Below, in pieces: positions 54,573 to 63,491 of a stretch of 64,000 nt of DNA. This DNA comes from Deltaproteobacteria bacterium (lineage in GTDB: Bacteria; Myxococcota_A; Polyangia; Polyangiales; Houyiibacteriaceae). The stretch is taken from the NCBI GenBank assembly GCA_019313915.1, contig JAFDAJ010000002.1:31098-95097 (forward strand). Direction: 5' to 3'. Under the pieces are notes generated by a model that was not told where the DNA came from, did no database searches, and saw only the letters and a list, made by a program, of their open reading frames with translations. A program made the position numbers and the translations under genes. Positions within the stretch are counted from its first letter, which is position 1, and the number at the start of each line of letters is the position of its first letter.

Positions 54573-56591
54573 GTGTTGCGTTTGGGTTTGCTTGCCTTGT
54601 GGATGGTCGCGATTGGGCTCGTGGCGCCGGGGAACGGTGTCGCCCAGGACGGCGACCGTCTCCTCGAGTTTCACTTCACGCCGACCAAGCGGGCCCAGAT
54701 CGCGATCTGGATCGAAGACGCGGACGGCACCTTCATGGACACGGTGGCGCTGACGTCATCGGTCGCGCTTCGTGGCGTCGGCAACCGGCCGGGCGCGCTC
54801 CAGATGAACAGCGGCTTCCGGTGGCCTTTCGGACGCCGCGAAGGGGTCCTGCCGGTCTGGGCACATCGGCGAGCAAACGCGCCAGGCGCGGAGCTCTTTC
54901 CCATGGTGATTTTTCAAGACCGTGTTTCGGAGGGATTCGCATCGCGCACCTCGGTCGACGCGTCTCCAGACTCCTACTTCTGCCTGTCGTTCGATCAGAC
55001 CACGACGACGCGTGAAGCGCTGGACGCCGTCACTTGTGCGAGTGTCTTCAACAGCGACAAGGGTCGGTTCGCAACGGATGACGATGTCCGTGACGAATAC
55101 GCGGAGCCTTTCGTCGGTCCGTCCGGCTCTGAGATCATGCGGCCAGTCGGCGGCAGGTCGGTCTATCCGCCCCGCCGCGACGTCGAGGGTCTCGGCCTCT
55201 ATGACCACCCGGATGTGGGGCGATTTGTTCAAGAGGCGCGGAACGTCATGCCGAACATCGACGCGGTCACCATGGCGACGCCCGCAGGGGACGTCCCACG
55301 AACGATTCAATTCCGTGCCCCGTCAGAGTGGGAAGACGGCGAATACTCAGCCTGGATCGAAGTCAACACCGAGGGCGACTACAACGACACGTACAACGAC
55401 GAGACCTACCCGACGCCGATTTCCGATAGGTGGGACTTCTGGGCCCAGACCTACGGTTACCCCTACCGCGGGCAGCCGTCGATCCTATATCGAGTGCCTT
55501 TCACGTTGGGCGCGGTGATCGCCGAGTACGAAGCGTCCGCTCCTGTCGGCTACGGAAGCATGCACGGGGAATCGGGTGACTTGTTCCCCATGGACTCGTC
55601 GATCATCGACGATCCCGACGGCGCACCGGGCAGTGGGGCGGACCGGTTGCGTCGCGATGAGGCGGGCGCCCGTTTCGGAGTCTTCATCTTGGCCACCAAC
55701 ATTTGCGAGGAGCCAGAGCCTCCCGCGATCTGCGGACAAGACTGCACGGAGGACGCCGATTGTGGCGTCGGCTTCGCCTGCGGCGAAGACCAGAGTTGCC
55801 TTGGGTTGTGCGACGTGGAGGGGCAGCCCGACGCGATCGCCGACTTCAGCATGGAAAACCACCCCAATGCGAAGTGGTCCCACGTCGTCGCGCGGCTTCG
55901 CTTCACGGTTCCGCAAACCACGCGTCCGCTCCGTCAATACAAAGTCTTGGCGAGCAAGATCCTGGTCAACAGCATGGTCACCGAAGACGCTCATGCGCTC
56001 GAGATCACCAGCGCGGGCAAGCCCATTCAGGGAGACGGGCTGCACATCCCGGTCGATTCGGAATGTAGCGATGGGGTCGCGTCCGAGTTGCTCTGCGGCC
56101 CCTACGTCGCGAACGAAGATGGCGAGTGCGAAAACGGCATCGATGTGGATGGAGACGGGGATTGCCTCGACCCAGGTGACATCATCGTGGTCAACACGGC
56201 CTTCGATGCTCACGAGACCGAGTACGAGGTCGAGATTACGGCGACCGACCTATGCCAACGACAGAGCGACCCGGTCGCTGCGAGCTTGAAGACAACCTCG
56301 ATTGACTTCACCACGGTTCCACCTTGCTTCGTTGCAACCGCCGCCTATGGCTCACCACTAGCCGATGAGATTTGGGCGCTCCGGCGCTTTCGTGATCGTT
56401 ACCTGATGACCAACCCCGCGGGCCGTGCGTTCGTCGATGCGTATTATGCGCTCGGCCCGTACGCCGCCGAACTCATTGCTGAGCACTCATGGATGCGAAC
56501 AACCACCCGCGTACTTCTGACCCCTTTCGTCGCCCTAGCGCGCTATCTGGCGCCGGAAAAACCAGACGAAAACGTATCCTCGGCCCGCTGA
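54573..56591 (+). CDS. Large secreted protein: DUF2271-like N-terminus, Cys-rich middle, CFxxTAAYGS-type C-terminal module
   Basis: 672 aa, GTG start. Signal LGLLALWMVAIGLVAPGNGVAQD. IAIWIEDADGTFMDTVALT resembles the DUF2271 core. Cys-rich CEEPEPPAICGQDCTEDADCGVGFACGEDQSCLGLCD. C-terminus CFVATAAYGSPLADEIWALRRFRDRYLMTNPAGRAFVDAYY. Confidence 0.6.
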   Translation: MLRLGLLALWMVAIGLVAPGNGVAQDGDRLLEFHFTPTKRAQIAIWIEDADGTFMDTVALTSSVALRGVGNRPGALQMNSGFRWPFGRREGVLPVWAHRRANAPGAELFPMVIFQDRVSEGFASRTSVDASPDSYFCLSFDQTTTTREALDAVTCASVFNSDKGRFATDDDVRDEYAEPFVGPSGSEIMRPVGGRSVYPPRRDVEGLGLYDHPDVGRFVQEARNVMPNIDAVTMATPAGDVPRTIQFRAPSEWEDGEYSAWIEVNTEGDYNDTYNDETYPTPISDRWDFWAQTYGYPYRGQPSILYRVPFTLGAVIAEYEASAPVGYGSMHGESGDLFPMDSSIIDDPDGAPGSGADRLRRDEAGARFGVFILATNICEEPEPPAICGQDCTEDADCGVGFACGEDQSCLGLCDVEGQPDAIADFSMENHPNAKWSHVVARLRFTVPQTTRPLRQYKVLASKILVNSMVTEDAHALEITSAGKPIQGDGLHIPVDSECSDGVASELLCGPYVANEDGECENGIDVDGDGDCLDPGDIIVVNTAFDAHETEYEVEITATDLCQRQSDPVAASLKTTSIDFTTVPPCFVATAAYGSPLADEIWALRRFRDRYLMTNPAGRAFVDAYYALGPYAAELIAEHSWMRTTTRVLLTPFVALARYLAPEKPDENVSSAR

Positions 56592-56791
56592 AGCTCGCGG
56601 TCCTCCTTGCTCTGAGTGCCGCCGCAGGCTGCGCGACCGTCAAGCCATACGAGCGGGAATACCTTTCTCGTCCGAGCATGGACCTCGAACGCGAGGCGAC
56701 AGAAGCGAAGTTCTATACCCACGTTCTAGATTCCCGCGAGGGCGCCACCGGAGGTCTTGGGACCGCCGGCGGGGGATGCGGGTGCAACTAA
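56489..56791 (+). CDS. DUF4266-like small lipoprotein (ends GGGCGCN)
   Basis: 100 aa from ATG 56489 (a 103-nt overlap with the upstream gene). Signal/lipobox KTRRKRILGPLKLAVLLALSAAAGC. The C-terminal GGLGTAGGGCGCN is the hallmark I recall for DUF4266. Start codon uncertain. Confidence 0.65.
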   Translation: MDANNHPRTSDPFRRPSALSGAGKTRRKRILGPLKLAVLLALSAAAGCATVKPYEREYLSRPSMDLEREATEAKFYTHVLDSREGATGGLGTAGGGCGCN

Positions 56792-57963
56792 CCTCCCGAC
56801 GACAGAGGTCGCGCTGGGTGGTGCTCAGGTTGCTTCTGGCTGCCAGCATCGTTCTACTTGGCGTTCATCCACAGCGCGCAAACGCCGACGCCGTGACGGG
56901 CACTTGGACGGGCGACGCGCAGGTGCGCGGCAACTACTACTGGGACCGAAGCACGCGAGTCCTCGCCCCCGAGTTCATCGCCCAACTCGAGGCGCCGCAA
57001 GGAACCCGAATGCGGGTGGATTACTTGGTCGACTCGATCACGAGCGCGAGCATCGCGGCAGGTGCGCTCGAAGACGTGCGGTTCACCGAAGTGCGTCACG
57101 ACGTCGACTTGAAAGCGGGTCACGAATTCGTGGAGCGTGAGAATCCGGTCGACTTGTTTGGGGGGTTTCGCTTGAGCCGGGAACCGGACTACTTTTCGTT
57201 CGCCACCCTGTTCCAGCCCACCATCTGGCTCGCAGACCGCGCGACGATGTTTCGCGGCCGAATCAGCTACCGCCACGACGAAATAGGCCAGACTTTCCGG
57301 GGTGGATCGCAACAACGGCCTGACAACATGGGAGGCACGAGCGCCGACGCTTTCAGAGAGACCCTGGACGCCGTTTCTTTGGCGGCGGGGTGGGAACAAG
57401 TCCTATCGCGCACATTGGTCTTGGAGGTCGGGTACGACTTCACGTACCAGTGGGGCTTTCTCGCCAATCCGTATCGCTCGGTGCTGGGCGGACAAATTCC
57501 GGAGAACCACCCCGGCCAGCGCTACCGTCATTTGTTGTTCTCGAGACTCGCTTGGTACATCCCGCGATCCCGCACCTCGCTGCAAGTTTTGTATCGCTCG
57601 TACGTCGACAACTGGAAAGTCAGCGCGGTCAATCCCGAGTTCCGCATCTACCAGGAGATGTCACCGTTCTTTCAAACGCGCCTGCGCTACCGCTACTACA
57701 CCCAAACCTCCTCGTTCTTCTACAAGAGCAACCCGAACGACTACAGCCTCGACGACCAGTACGTCACCGCCGACCCCAAGTTGAGTGAGTTCCACGTCAA
57801 CGAGCTCGGCATCCAGTTCCTCGTGCTGGGCGCCTTCCTCGAAGGCAAAGCCCACCGCTCGATCGCCGGCGCCCAGTTCGACATCAGCTTCAACTACCGC
57901 TGGAACACCAACTCCTTCGGCAACCAAGTAGTGGCCCAAACCGGCCTACGAATTCCGTTTTAG
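56776..57963 (+). CDS. DUF3570-like predicted outer-membrane beta-barrel protein
   Basis: 395 aa. Signal WVVLRLLLAASIVLLGVHPQRANA. Shows RGNYYWDRSTRV, alternating-strand composition and a terminal ...TGLRIPF. Classic partner of DUF4266. Overlaps its 3' end by 16 nt. Confidence 0.65.
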   Translation: MRVQLTSRRQRSRWVVLRLLLAASIVLLGVHPQRANADAVTGTWTGDAQVRGNYYWDRSTRVLAPEFIAQLEAPQGTRMRVDYLVDSITSASIAAGALEDVRFTEVRHDVDLKAGHEFVERENPVDLFGGFRLSREPDYFSFATLFQPTIWLADRATMFRGRISYRHDEIGQTFRGGSQQRPDNMGGTSADAFRETLDAVSLAAGWEQVLSRTLVLEVGYDFTYQWGFLANPYRSVLGGQIPENHPGQRYRHLLFSRLAWYIPRSRTSLQVLYRSYVDNWKVSAVNPEFRIYQEMSPFFQTRLRYRYYTQTSSFFYKSNPNDYSLDDQYVTADPKLSEFHVNELGIQFLVLGAFLEGKAHRSIAGAQFDISFNYRWNTNSFGNQVVAQTGLRIPF

Positions 57964-58039
57964 GGGACAGGATCCTCCCCTCCAACCCACTGAATTCATG
58001 GTGGTTCTCAAAGGAAAATCCCACCGTATTCTTTCCAAC

Positions 58040-58963
58040 TCAACGATCGGGCTTTGGGATCCGTGGCTCAGACTTAGCGTGATTCCAAGGGCTTACGATG
58101 GTGGATCCTGTCCCTATTTGAATGGAAAGGGCGTGGAGCAGGTGATGGGGGGGGGCTTCCAGGGGGGGGCCTCCGTAGAGGGGATCGCCTAGGAGAGGGT
58201 GGCCTATGGAGGCTAGGTGGGCTCGGATTTGGTGGCGGCGGGCGTTGTTGGCGCGTACTTCGATGAGGGAGCCGTGTTCGGCGGGAGTGCTGGTGAGGAC
58301 TTCAGTTCTGGCCGGTTGGGCGCGGAGGCGTTTGATTTCGCGTGGATCGGTGCAGGCGCGGACCTTGCGGCGGTCGCGCGGGTCGCTGGCGATCGGTGTG
58401 TCGATGACGATCGGTGCGGGGACGACGCCTTGGCAGCGGGCGAGGTATCGCTTGTCGATCTCACCGGCTTGGAGCTGCTGTCGGAGTGCGTCGAACGTCT
58501 CTTGATCACGCGCAGCGAGCATCACTCCCGAAGTGCCGATGTCGAGTCGATGGAGGATGCCGGGCTCCCGCTTGCTGTAGCCGACGTCGCGCATCTCTGG
58601 GTAACGCGCAACCAGGGCCCCCGCCAAGGTGCCGAGCTCACCCTCCTTCAAGGGATGACTCGGGACTTCCGCAACTTTGGCAACGATGACGTAGCCGGCG
58701 GTTTCGACGAGCACGTCGAGCACTAAATCCGGGTCGGGCGCGGCGTAGAAATCAACCGGCCCGGGGAGGCTTTCCAACGTGACCCAATCACCGGCCGCGA
58801 CCGTGAAACTCTTCTTCACCAGGCGTCCACCAACCCGGACGGCGCCTTCTTCGATCAGCGCTTTGGCCCTGGCCCGGCTCAGCTCGGGGACCCGGCGGGC
58901 GAGCACCACGTCGACCCGGTGCCCGGCATCATCTTCTCCCATCTCGAGCTCGACGGCCGGCAT
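58040..58963 (-). CDS. RluA-family 23S rRNA pseudouridine synthase (RluD-like)
   Basis: In-frame part of ORF 58040..59050; ATG 58963. S4 domain [32 protein letters not shown]. Catalytic [14 protein letters not shown]. Also [24 protein letters not shown]. Confidence 0.88.
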   Translation of the reverse strand: MPAVELEMGEDDAGHRVDVVLARRVPELSRARAKALIEEGAVRVGGRLVKKSFTVAAGDWVTLESLPGPVDFYAAPDPDLVLDVLVETAGYVIVAKVAEVPSHPLKEGELGTLAGALVARYPEMRDVGYSKREPGILHRLDIGTSGVMLAARDQETFDALRQQLQAGEIDKRYLARCQGVVPAPIVIDTPIASDPRDRRKVRACTDPREIKRLRAQPARTEVLTSTPAEHGSLIEVRANNARRHQIRAHLASIGHPLLGDPLYGGPPLEAPPHHLLHALSIQIGTGSTIVSPWNHAKSEPRIPKPDR

Positions 58964-59042
58964 CTGCCTCCCCTCCCACACTCCGAGATACTTTTCCACG
59001 CTGTTTGCGCGCTCCGGCCTCGCGTCTACACTCCGAAAACCA

Positions 59043-60137
59043 GTGTCCAAGCGTGATTACTACGTGATTCTCGAAGTCAGCCGCACCGCCGAAGGCGACG
59101 AGATCAAACAAGCCTATCGTGCGCTCGCGATGAAGTACCACCCTGACCGCAACCCCGATGACCCTGCGGCTGAGGATTCCTTCAAAGAGGCAAGCGAGGC
59201 TTATGCCGTCCTGAGTGACCCCAACCAGCGCAAGCAGTACGACCGCTTCGGTCACGCAGCGTTCGAGAGCGGGGGGGCGGGCTTCGAAGCCGGGGACTTC
59301 GGCGCCGTCAGCGACATCCTCGAAGGGTTGTTCGGCGAGGTGTTCAGCGGTGGGCGTCGCAAGCGGCGCGGCGGTCGCGACCTCACCTATGACATGGAGA
59401 TTTCGTTCGTCGAAGCGGCACTCGGCATCGACAAGAGGATCGACGTCAACCGTCCCGCCTCGTGTGCGACATGCAGCGGCACCGGCGCCAAGCCCGGCAC
59501 ACCCGTCCACAAATGCAACGTCTGCCAAGGCCGGGGGCAAGTGAAGTATCAACGCGGTCTCTTCGCCGCGGCGCGCCCATGCCATGCGTGTGGCGGAACG
59601 GGCAAGAAGATCCCGACGCCGTGTGACACCTGCAAGGGCACGGGCACCAAGATGCGCTCCGAAGCGATGAACGTGAAAATCCCTGCCGGTGTTCAGGACG
59701 GCGCGGTCCGCACCGTTCGAGGCGCGGGCGAGGCCAGTCCGGGGGGCAACGGAGACCTTCACATCAACGTCAAGGTTACCGATCACGCGTTGTTTCAGCG
59801 CGAAGGCGCCGACATCTTGGTATCGATTCCGATTTCGTTCCCCCAGGCTGTGCTCGGCGCGAGCATTGATATCCCGACGCTCGACGGCAGGGTCGTCATG
59901 AAGGTTCCCCCTGGTACGCAGTCGGGGAAGGCTTTCCGGCTGCGAGGCAAGGGAATTCCGGTGTACGGCGGCTATGGCAAAGGTGATCAGCTCGTGACCG
60001 TAGTCGTCGAGGTCCCGCAGGAAGTGAGCCGGCGTCAACGGAAGCTGATCACCGAGCTTGCCCAAGAGACTGGCGAGGACACCCACCCGCAGCAAGCAAG
60101 CTTTCTCAAGAAGCTCCGCGGCTTGTTCGATACCTAG
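59043..60137 (+). CDS. dnaJ: Chaperone DnaJ (class I, with zinc-finger domain)
   Basis: In-frame part of ORF 58779..60137; GTG 59043. [36 protein letters not shown] and a G/F region. Four CxxCxGxG repeats ([32 protein letters not shown]). Confidence 0.93.
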   Translation: MSKRDYYVILEVSRTAEGDEIKQAYRALAMKYHPDRNPDDPAAEDSFKEASEAYAVLSDPNQRKQYDRFGHAAFESGGAGFEAGDFGAVSDILEGLFGEVFSGGRRKRRGGRDLTYDMEISFVEAALGIDKRIDVNRPASCATCSGTGAKPGTPVHKCNVCQGRGQVKYQRGLFAAARPCHACGGTGKKIPTPCDTCKGTGTKMRSEAMNVKIPAGVQDGAVRTVRGAGEASPGGNGDLHINVKVTDHALFQREGADILVSIPISFPQAVLGASIDIPTLDGRVVMKVPPGTQSGKAFRLRGKGIPVYGGYGKGDQLVTVVVEVPQEVSRRQRKLITELAQETGEDTHPQQASFLKKLRGLFDT

Positions 60138-60183
60138 CGGCCTGATCGCTTGCGCTCGAGCGCGAGCTTGCCAAGGTACGCGC

Positions 60184-60861
60184 ATGCGAACCGCAGCCCT
60201 ATTCATGTTGGCCGGAGCACTCCTCGTTGGGTGCCCGAAAGAAGAAGAAGCACCGAGCAAGAGCCAAGGCGACGAAAGCCCTGCGCCGACTCAAGAGGAG
60301 GCCACGAAGGTGACGCCAGAAGAAGGCCAAGCGCCCGCTCAATACACCGTCGAGCTCAACACCACCAAAGGCGCGATCGTGATCGACGTCCGCCGAGACT
60401 GGGCACCCCATGGCGCCGATCGCTTCTACGAACTCGTGCAAAACGGCTACTTCACCGACGTCGCATTCTTCCGCGTCATCAGTGGTTTCATGGCGCAGGT
60501 CGGAATCAGTGGAGACCCGGCACTCAACGCGCAGTGGCGTGAAAAACGCATCCCCGACGATGCCGTCAAAGCCAGCAACACCCGCGGCACCGTCACGTTC
60601 GCGACGTCAGGCCCGAACTCGCGCACGACGCAGTTCTTCTTCAACTTCGGCGACAACTCCCGCCTCGACGGGATGGGCTTTGCACCGTTCGGCAAGGTCA
60701 AGGACATGGCGCCGGTCGACGCTCTGTATGATGGCTACGGCGAGGGAGCCCCCGGAGGCCGCGGCCCCGCACAGGGCACTCTGCAATCACAGGGCAACGC
60801 GTACCTCCGAGAGAGCTTCCCGAAGCTCGACTACATCAAGAGCGCCAAGATCATCGAGTGA
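60184..60861 (+). CDS. Cyclophilin-type peptidyl-prolyl cis-trans isomerase lipoprotein
   Basis: In-frame part of ORF 60058..60861; ATG 60184. Lipobox MLAGALLVGC. Cyclophilin core FFRVISGFMAQ, GTVTFATSGPNSRTTQFFFN. Confidence 0.88.
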   Translation: MRTAALFMLAGALLVGCPKEEEAPSKSQGDESPAPTQEEATKVTPEEGQAPAQYTVELNTTKGAIVIDVRRDWAPHGADRFYELVQNGYFTDVAFFRVISGFMAQVGISGDPALNAQWREKRIPDDAVKASNTRGTVTFATSGPNSRTTQFFFNFGDNSRLDGMGFAPFGKVKDMAPVDALYDGYGEGAPGGRGPAQGTLQSQGNAYLRESFPKLDYIKSAKIIE

Positions 60862-61960
60862 CGCGTCCGCCCTCGACCTGAAAGTCGACGCGGTCGTTTT
60901 CCAGCAAGATGAATTCTGGATGTGTGGTCGTCAGGAAGACCTGGCCGCCCGCATGGCTCAACACCTCGAAAAATCTGCGGTTTCGGCTCCGGTCGAGCTC
61001 GCTCGAGACGTCATCCAAAAGCAGGATCGGCACCCTGCCCGTGCGCTCACTGAGCAGGTCGAGCTCGGCGGTCTTGAGAGCAAGGACGATGGTCCGGTGC
61101 TGTCCTTGCGAGCCATGATGGCGCGCGCCGACCTGGTGTAGCCGCAGCTCGAGATCGTCGCCGTGAGGTCCGTCAGCGGTGAAGCCACGCGCCCGGTCTT
61201 TGTCGAACGAGCGCTCGAGCGCCTCGGCAATCGCATCCTCCGTTGGCTCGACGCGGGGCAAGTAACGAACCCCAAGTGGGGTATCACCGGCGAACACATC
61301 GGAGAACGCGCGCACGACCCTTGGCGCTAGGTCGTCGATCAGACGCCGCCGGGCTTGTCCCACGACGGCCCCTGCCTTGCTGAGGATGGCGTCATACGCC
61401 CGAACTGACCGTCGGTCGGTACGTTCTTCCTTCAGCAAGCGGTTGCGGCTGCGGAGGGCCTTCTCGTAGCTTGCAAGCGTCGAACCATAAATCGGATCCA
61501 TCTGTTCGAGCATCCGGTCCAAGAAGGCACGCCGCTTGTCGGGAGCACCTGAAGCAAGGATCAGGTCTCCAGGATGAAACAACACCATGCGGACAGTCCG
61601 GTGCCATACGCTCGTTGAGCGCGGACGCTTGCCATCGAGCTGCAAACGCCGACGTTGCGAACGGCCGATGTCGATACGAAGCTTGTGAGGGGCAGGCCCT
61701 CCTTCCAGCGTCGCTTCGAGCAGTGCGGCCTCGGAATCGAGCGCGATCAGGTCATCGGTCTTTGCTCCTCGGAAGCTTTTCAGCGCGCCGAGATAGTAGA
61801 TCGCCTCGAGGAGGTTCGACTTTCCGGCGCCATTGTCACCATGGATCACATTGAAGTGCGAGCCCGGTTCGAACTCCAGTGATTGGAGATTTCGAAAGCC
61901 ATGGGCGCGCAGAGCCGTCACCCGACTTGGGGTCTCCGCACTGCGCGAGTCTGAGGTCAA
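60851..61960 (-). CDS. recF: DNA replication and repair protein RecF
   Basis: 369 aa. Shows LRAHGFRNL, Walker A HGDNGAGKSNLLEAI, signature GSQGQHRTIVLALK and Walker B ILLLDDVSSELD. Directly downstream of dnaN. Confidence 0.93.
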   Translation of the reverse strand: MTSDSRSAETPSRVTALRAHGFRNLQSLEFEPGSHFNVIHGDNGAGKSNLLEAIYYLGALKSFRGAKTDDLIALDSEAALLEATLEGGPAPHKLRIDIGRSQRRRLQLDGKRPRSTSVWHRTVRMVLFHPGDLILASGAPDKRRAFLDRMLEQMDPIYGSTLASYEKALRSRNRLLKEERTDRRSVRAYDAILSKAGAVVGQARRRLIDDLAPRVVRAFSDVFAGDTPLGVRYLPRVEPTEDAIAEALERSFDKDRARGFTADGPHGDDLELRLHQVGARHHGSQGQHRTIVLALKTAELDLLSERTGRVPILLLDDVSSELDRSRNRRFFEVLSHAGGQVFLTTTHPEFILLENDRVDFQVEGGRVTR

Positions 61961-61977
61961 CGCCCTGCTCCGCTCGA

Positions 61978-63126
61978 CTAGATGCGCATGGGCATGATGA
62001 CGCCGATGAAGTCGGAATTGTCGCCGACCGGCTTCAGCACCCCTGGGTCACGCTCTCCGCTGAGCTCGATTGCGATCTCGTCGTATGGCAATGCGCTAAG
62101 CGCGTCGAGTAGATACCGCGCGTTGAAGCCGATCTTCAGCTCATCGCCCGCATAGTCGACATCAACCTCTTCGCTACCTTCGCCAACCTCGGGGTTCTGG
62201 CTCTGGAGCCGCAACATTCCGGGTTCGATCGTCAACTGCACGCCGCCGCTCTTGTCGTTGGCCACCAAGCTGATGCGCTTCAACGCCTCGACCAACGGTC
62301 CCCGAGCAGCAATGATCGTCCGGCTCTGCTTGCTTGGGATCACTTTGTTGTACGGCGGGAAGTTCTCGTCGGCGAGCTTCACGCTCAAGCAAAGGTCCTC
62401 ACGCTGAAAGAATGCGTTTCCGCCGGCGGTCGCGATGCCGATGGTGGACGCGTCATCGCCCTTGCCCTTCCCCGTTTTGACGTCGTCAAGGAGCCGCTTG
62501 AGCTCACCGATGCCCTTGTGCGGGATCAGCATACTGAAATTCATCATCGAACCCTTGCCGCTGACCTTGTGCTCGGCCTTTGACAGGCGATGGCCGTCGG
62601 TGGTCACCATCCGGACCACTTTGCCGTCACCCTCGAAGAGCGTCCCGGCGAGATGCGGGCGAGTATCATCATGAGACATCGAATACTGCGTCAGTGAAAT
62701 CAGCTCGGCGAGACGTCCGGCATCGAGATGCGCGAAATCCGCATCGCCCGGATTCGGCAGCGGCGGGAAATCTTCGCCGGGCATGGCGGGGATACGGTAG
62801 CGCACCTTTCCGCAACTGAGTTCCACCGCGTGGGTGTCGCTGAGCTTCCAGCTGACCTCTCCATCGGGGAGGTTCTTGACGATGTCGAAGAGCGTTCGTG
62901 CGGCGACTGCGATCGTGCCACCCTTCTTGATGTTCGCAGGAACGACTGCGGTCACGCCGAGGTAGAGATCGGTGGCGGACAAACGAAGACGGTCAGGTCC
63001 TTCAGCTGTAAGCAACACATTGGACAAGATGTGCATCGAGCTTTTGCGATCAGCTACACCGTGGGTACGCGTGAGACCACGGAGGAACTGCTGCTTGTCG
63101 ATTGTGAGCTCCATGTTTCGGTTCAC
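61978..63126 (-). CDS. dnaN: DNA polymerase III beta sliding clamp
   Basis: 382 aa, GTG start. Typical three-domain clamp (ILSNVLLTAEGPDRLRLSATDL...; C-terminal GVIMPMRI). Lies between oriC and recF. Confidence 0.95.
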   Translation of the reverse strand: MNRNMELTIDKQQFLRGLTRTHGVADRKSSMHILSNVLLTAEGPDRLRLSATDLYLGVTAVVPANIKKGGTIAVAARTLFDIVKNLPDGEVSWKLSDTHAVELSCGKVRYRIPAMPGEDFPPLPNPGDADFAHLDAGRLAELISLTQYSMSHDDTRPHLAGTLFEGDGKVVRMVTTDGHRLSKAEHKVSGKGSMMNFSMLIPHKGIGELKRLLDDVKTGKGKGDDASTIGIATAGGNAFFQREDLCLSVKLADENFPPYNKVIPSKQSRTIIAARGPLVEALKRISLVANDKSGGVQLTIEPGMLRLQSQNPEVGEGSEEVDVDYAGDELKIGFNARYLLDALSALPYDEIAIELSGERDPGVLKPVGDNSDFIGVIMPMRI

Positions 63127-63491
63127 TTCCTAGAGGACTGTGTCGGGTTATCCACTGCGCTAATTCTCTAAATTTTAAAATTAGTCTTCGTCTTAACAGC
63201 TGTGAATTGTGAAAGAAGCACTGTAACCATTCGGAAGAACTAAGCTTTGGTCGATTTCTGAGGCGTTGAAGGATCGTGGTTCGAATGGGGACAGCCGCGA
63301 CTGCGAACGATTCCCAGGTTGATTCCCCAGGTTGATCTCAACCTGAGCACAGGCGCTGGTATACACCAAAAGCATGTGGAAGGCCCGGCTAGCCGAGACC
63401 TTCCACACAGCCCCCGAGAAAGGAAACTAGAAGGAAAAAAGAGGCGAGAAGAAGAGAAAATTGCGGCTTCATCAGATGCCGAGGCTGCGCA
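63127..63491. other. Candidate chromosomal replication origin (oriC) in the dnaA-dnaN intergenic region
   Basis: DnaA-box TTATCCAC (63148-63155) abuts a ~36-nt AT-rich stretch (63161-63196). Inverted DnaA-box-like pair TGTGGAAGG (63375-83) / CCTTCCACA (63399-407). GATC-centred 18-bp palindrome (63328-45), polypurine tract (63416-60) and 11-bp direct repeats. Confidence 0.7.

Noticed and set aside
57964-58114. 12-bp perfect inverted repeat GGGACAGGATCC (57964-75) / GGATCCTGTCCC (58103-14) flanking ~127 bp of lower-GC DNA; considered as a MITE or structured RNA
   Set aside because: There are no target-site duplications and no other copies in the window. The right arm lies inside the rluD-like coding region, whose C-terminus still reads sensibly. 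More likely it is a chance repeat or a terminator-related structure between convergent genes.
58929-60260. 443-aa minus-strand ORF antisense to dnaJ
   Set aside because: dnaJ carries a J domain and four zinc-finger repeats on the plus strand. The antisense translation has no recognisable features.
63270-63300. tRNA-like GGTTCGAAT (T-loop-like) sequence in the oriC region
   Set aside because: The flanking bases (CGTGG / GGGGA) cannot form a T stem, and no acceptor or anticodon arms can be drawn.
63193-63408. 71-aa minus-strand ORF inside the dnaA-dnaN intergenic region
   Set aside because: It lies across the AT-rich and repeat elements of the putative oriC. It has atypical composition and no ribosome-binding site.
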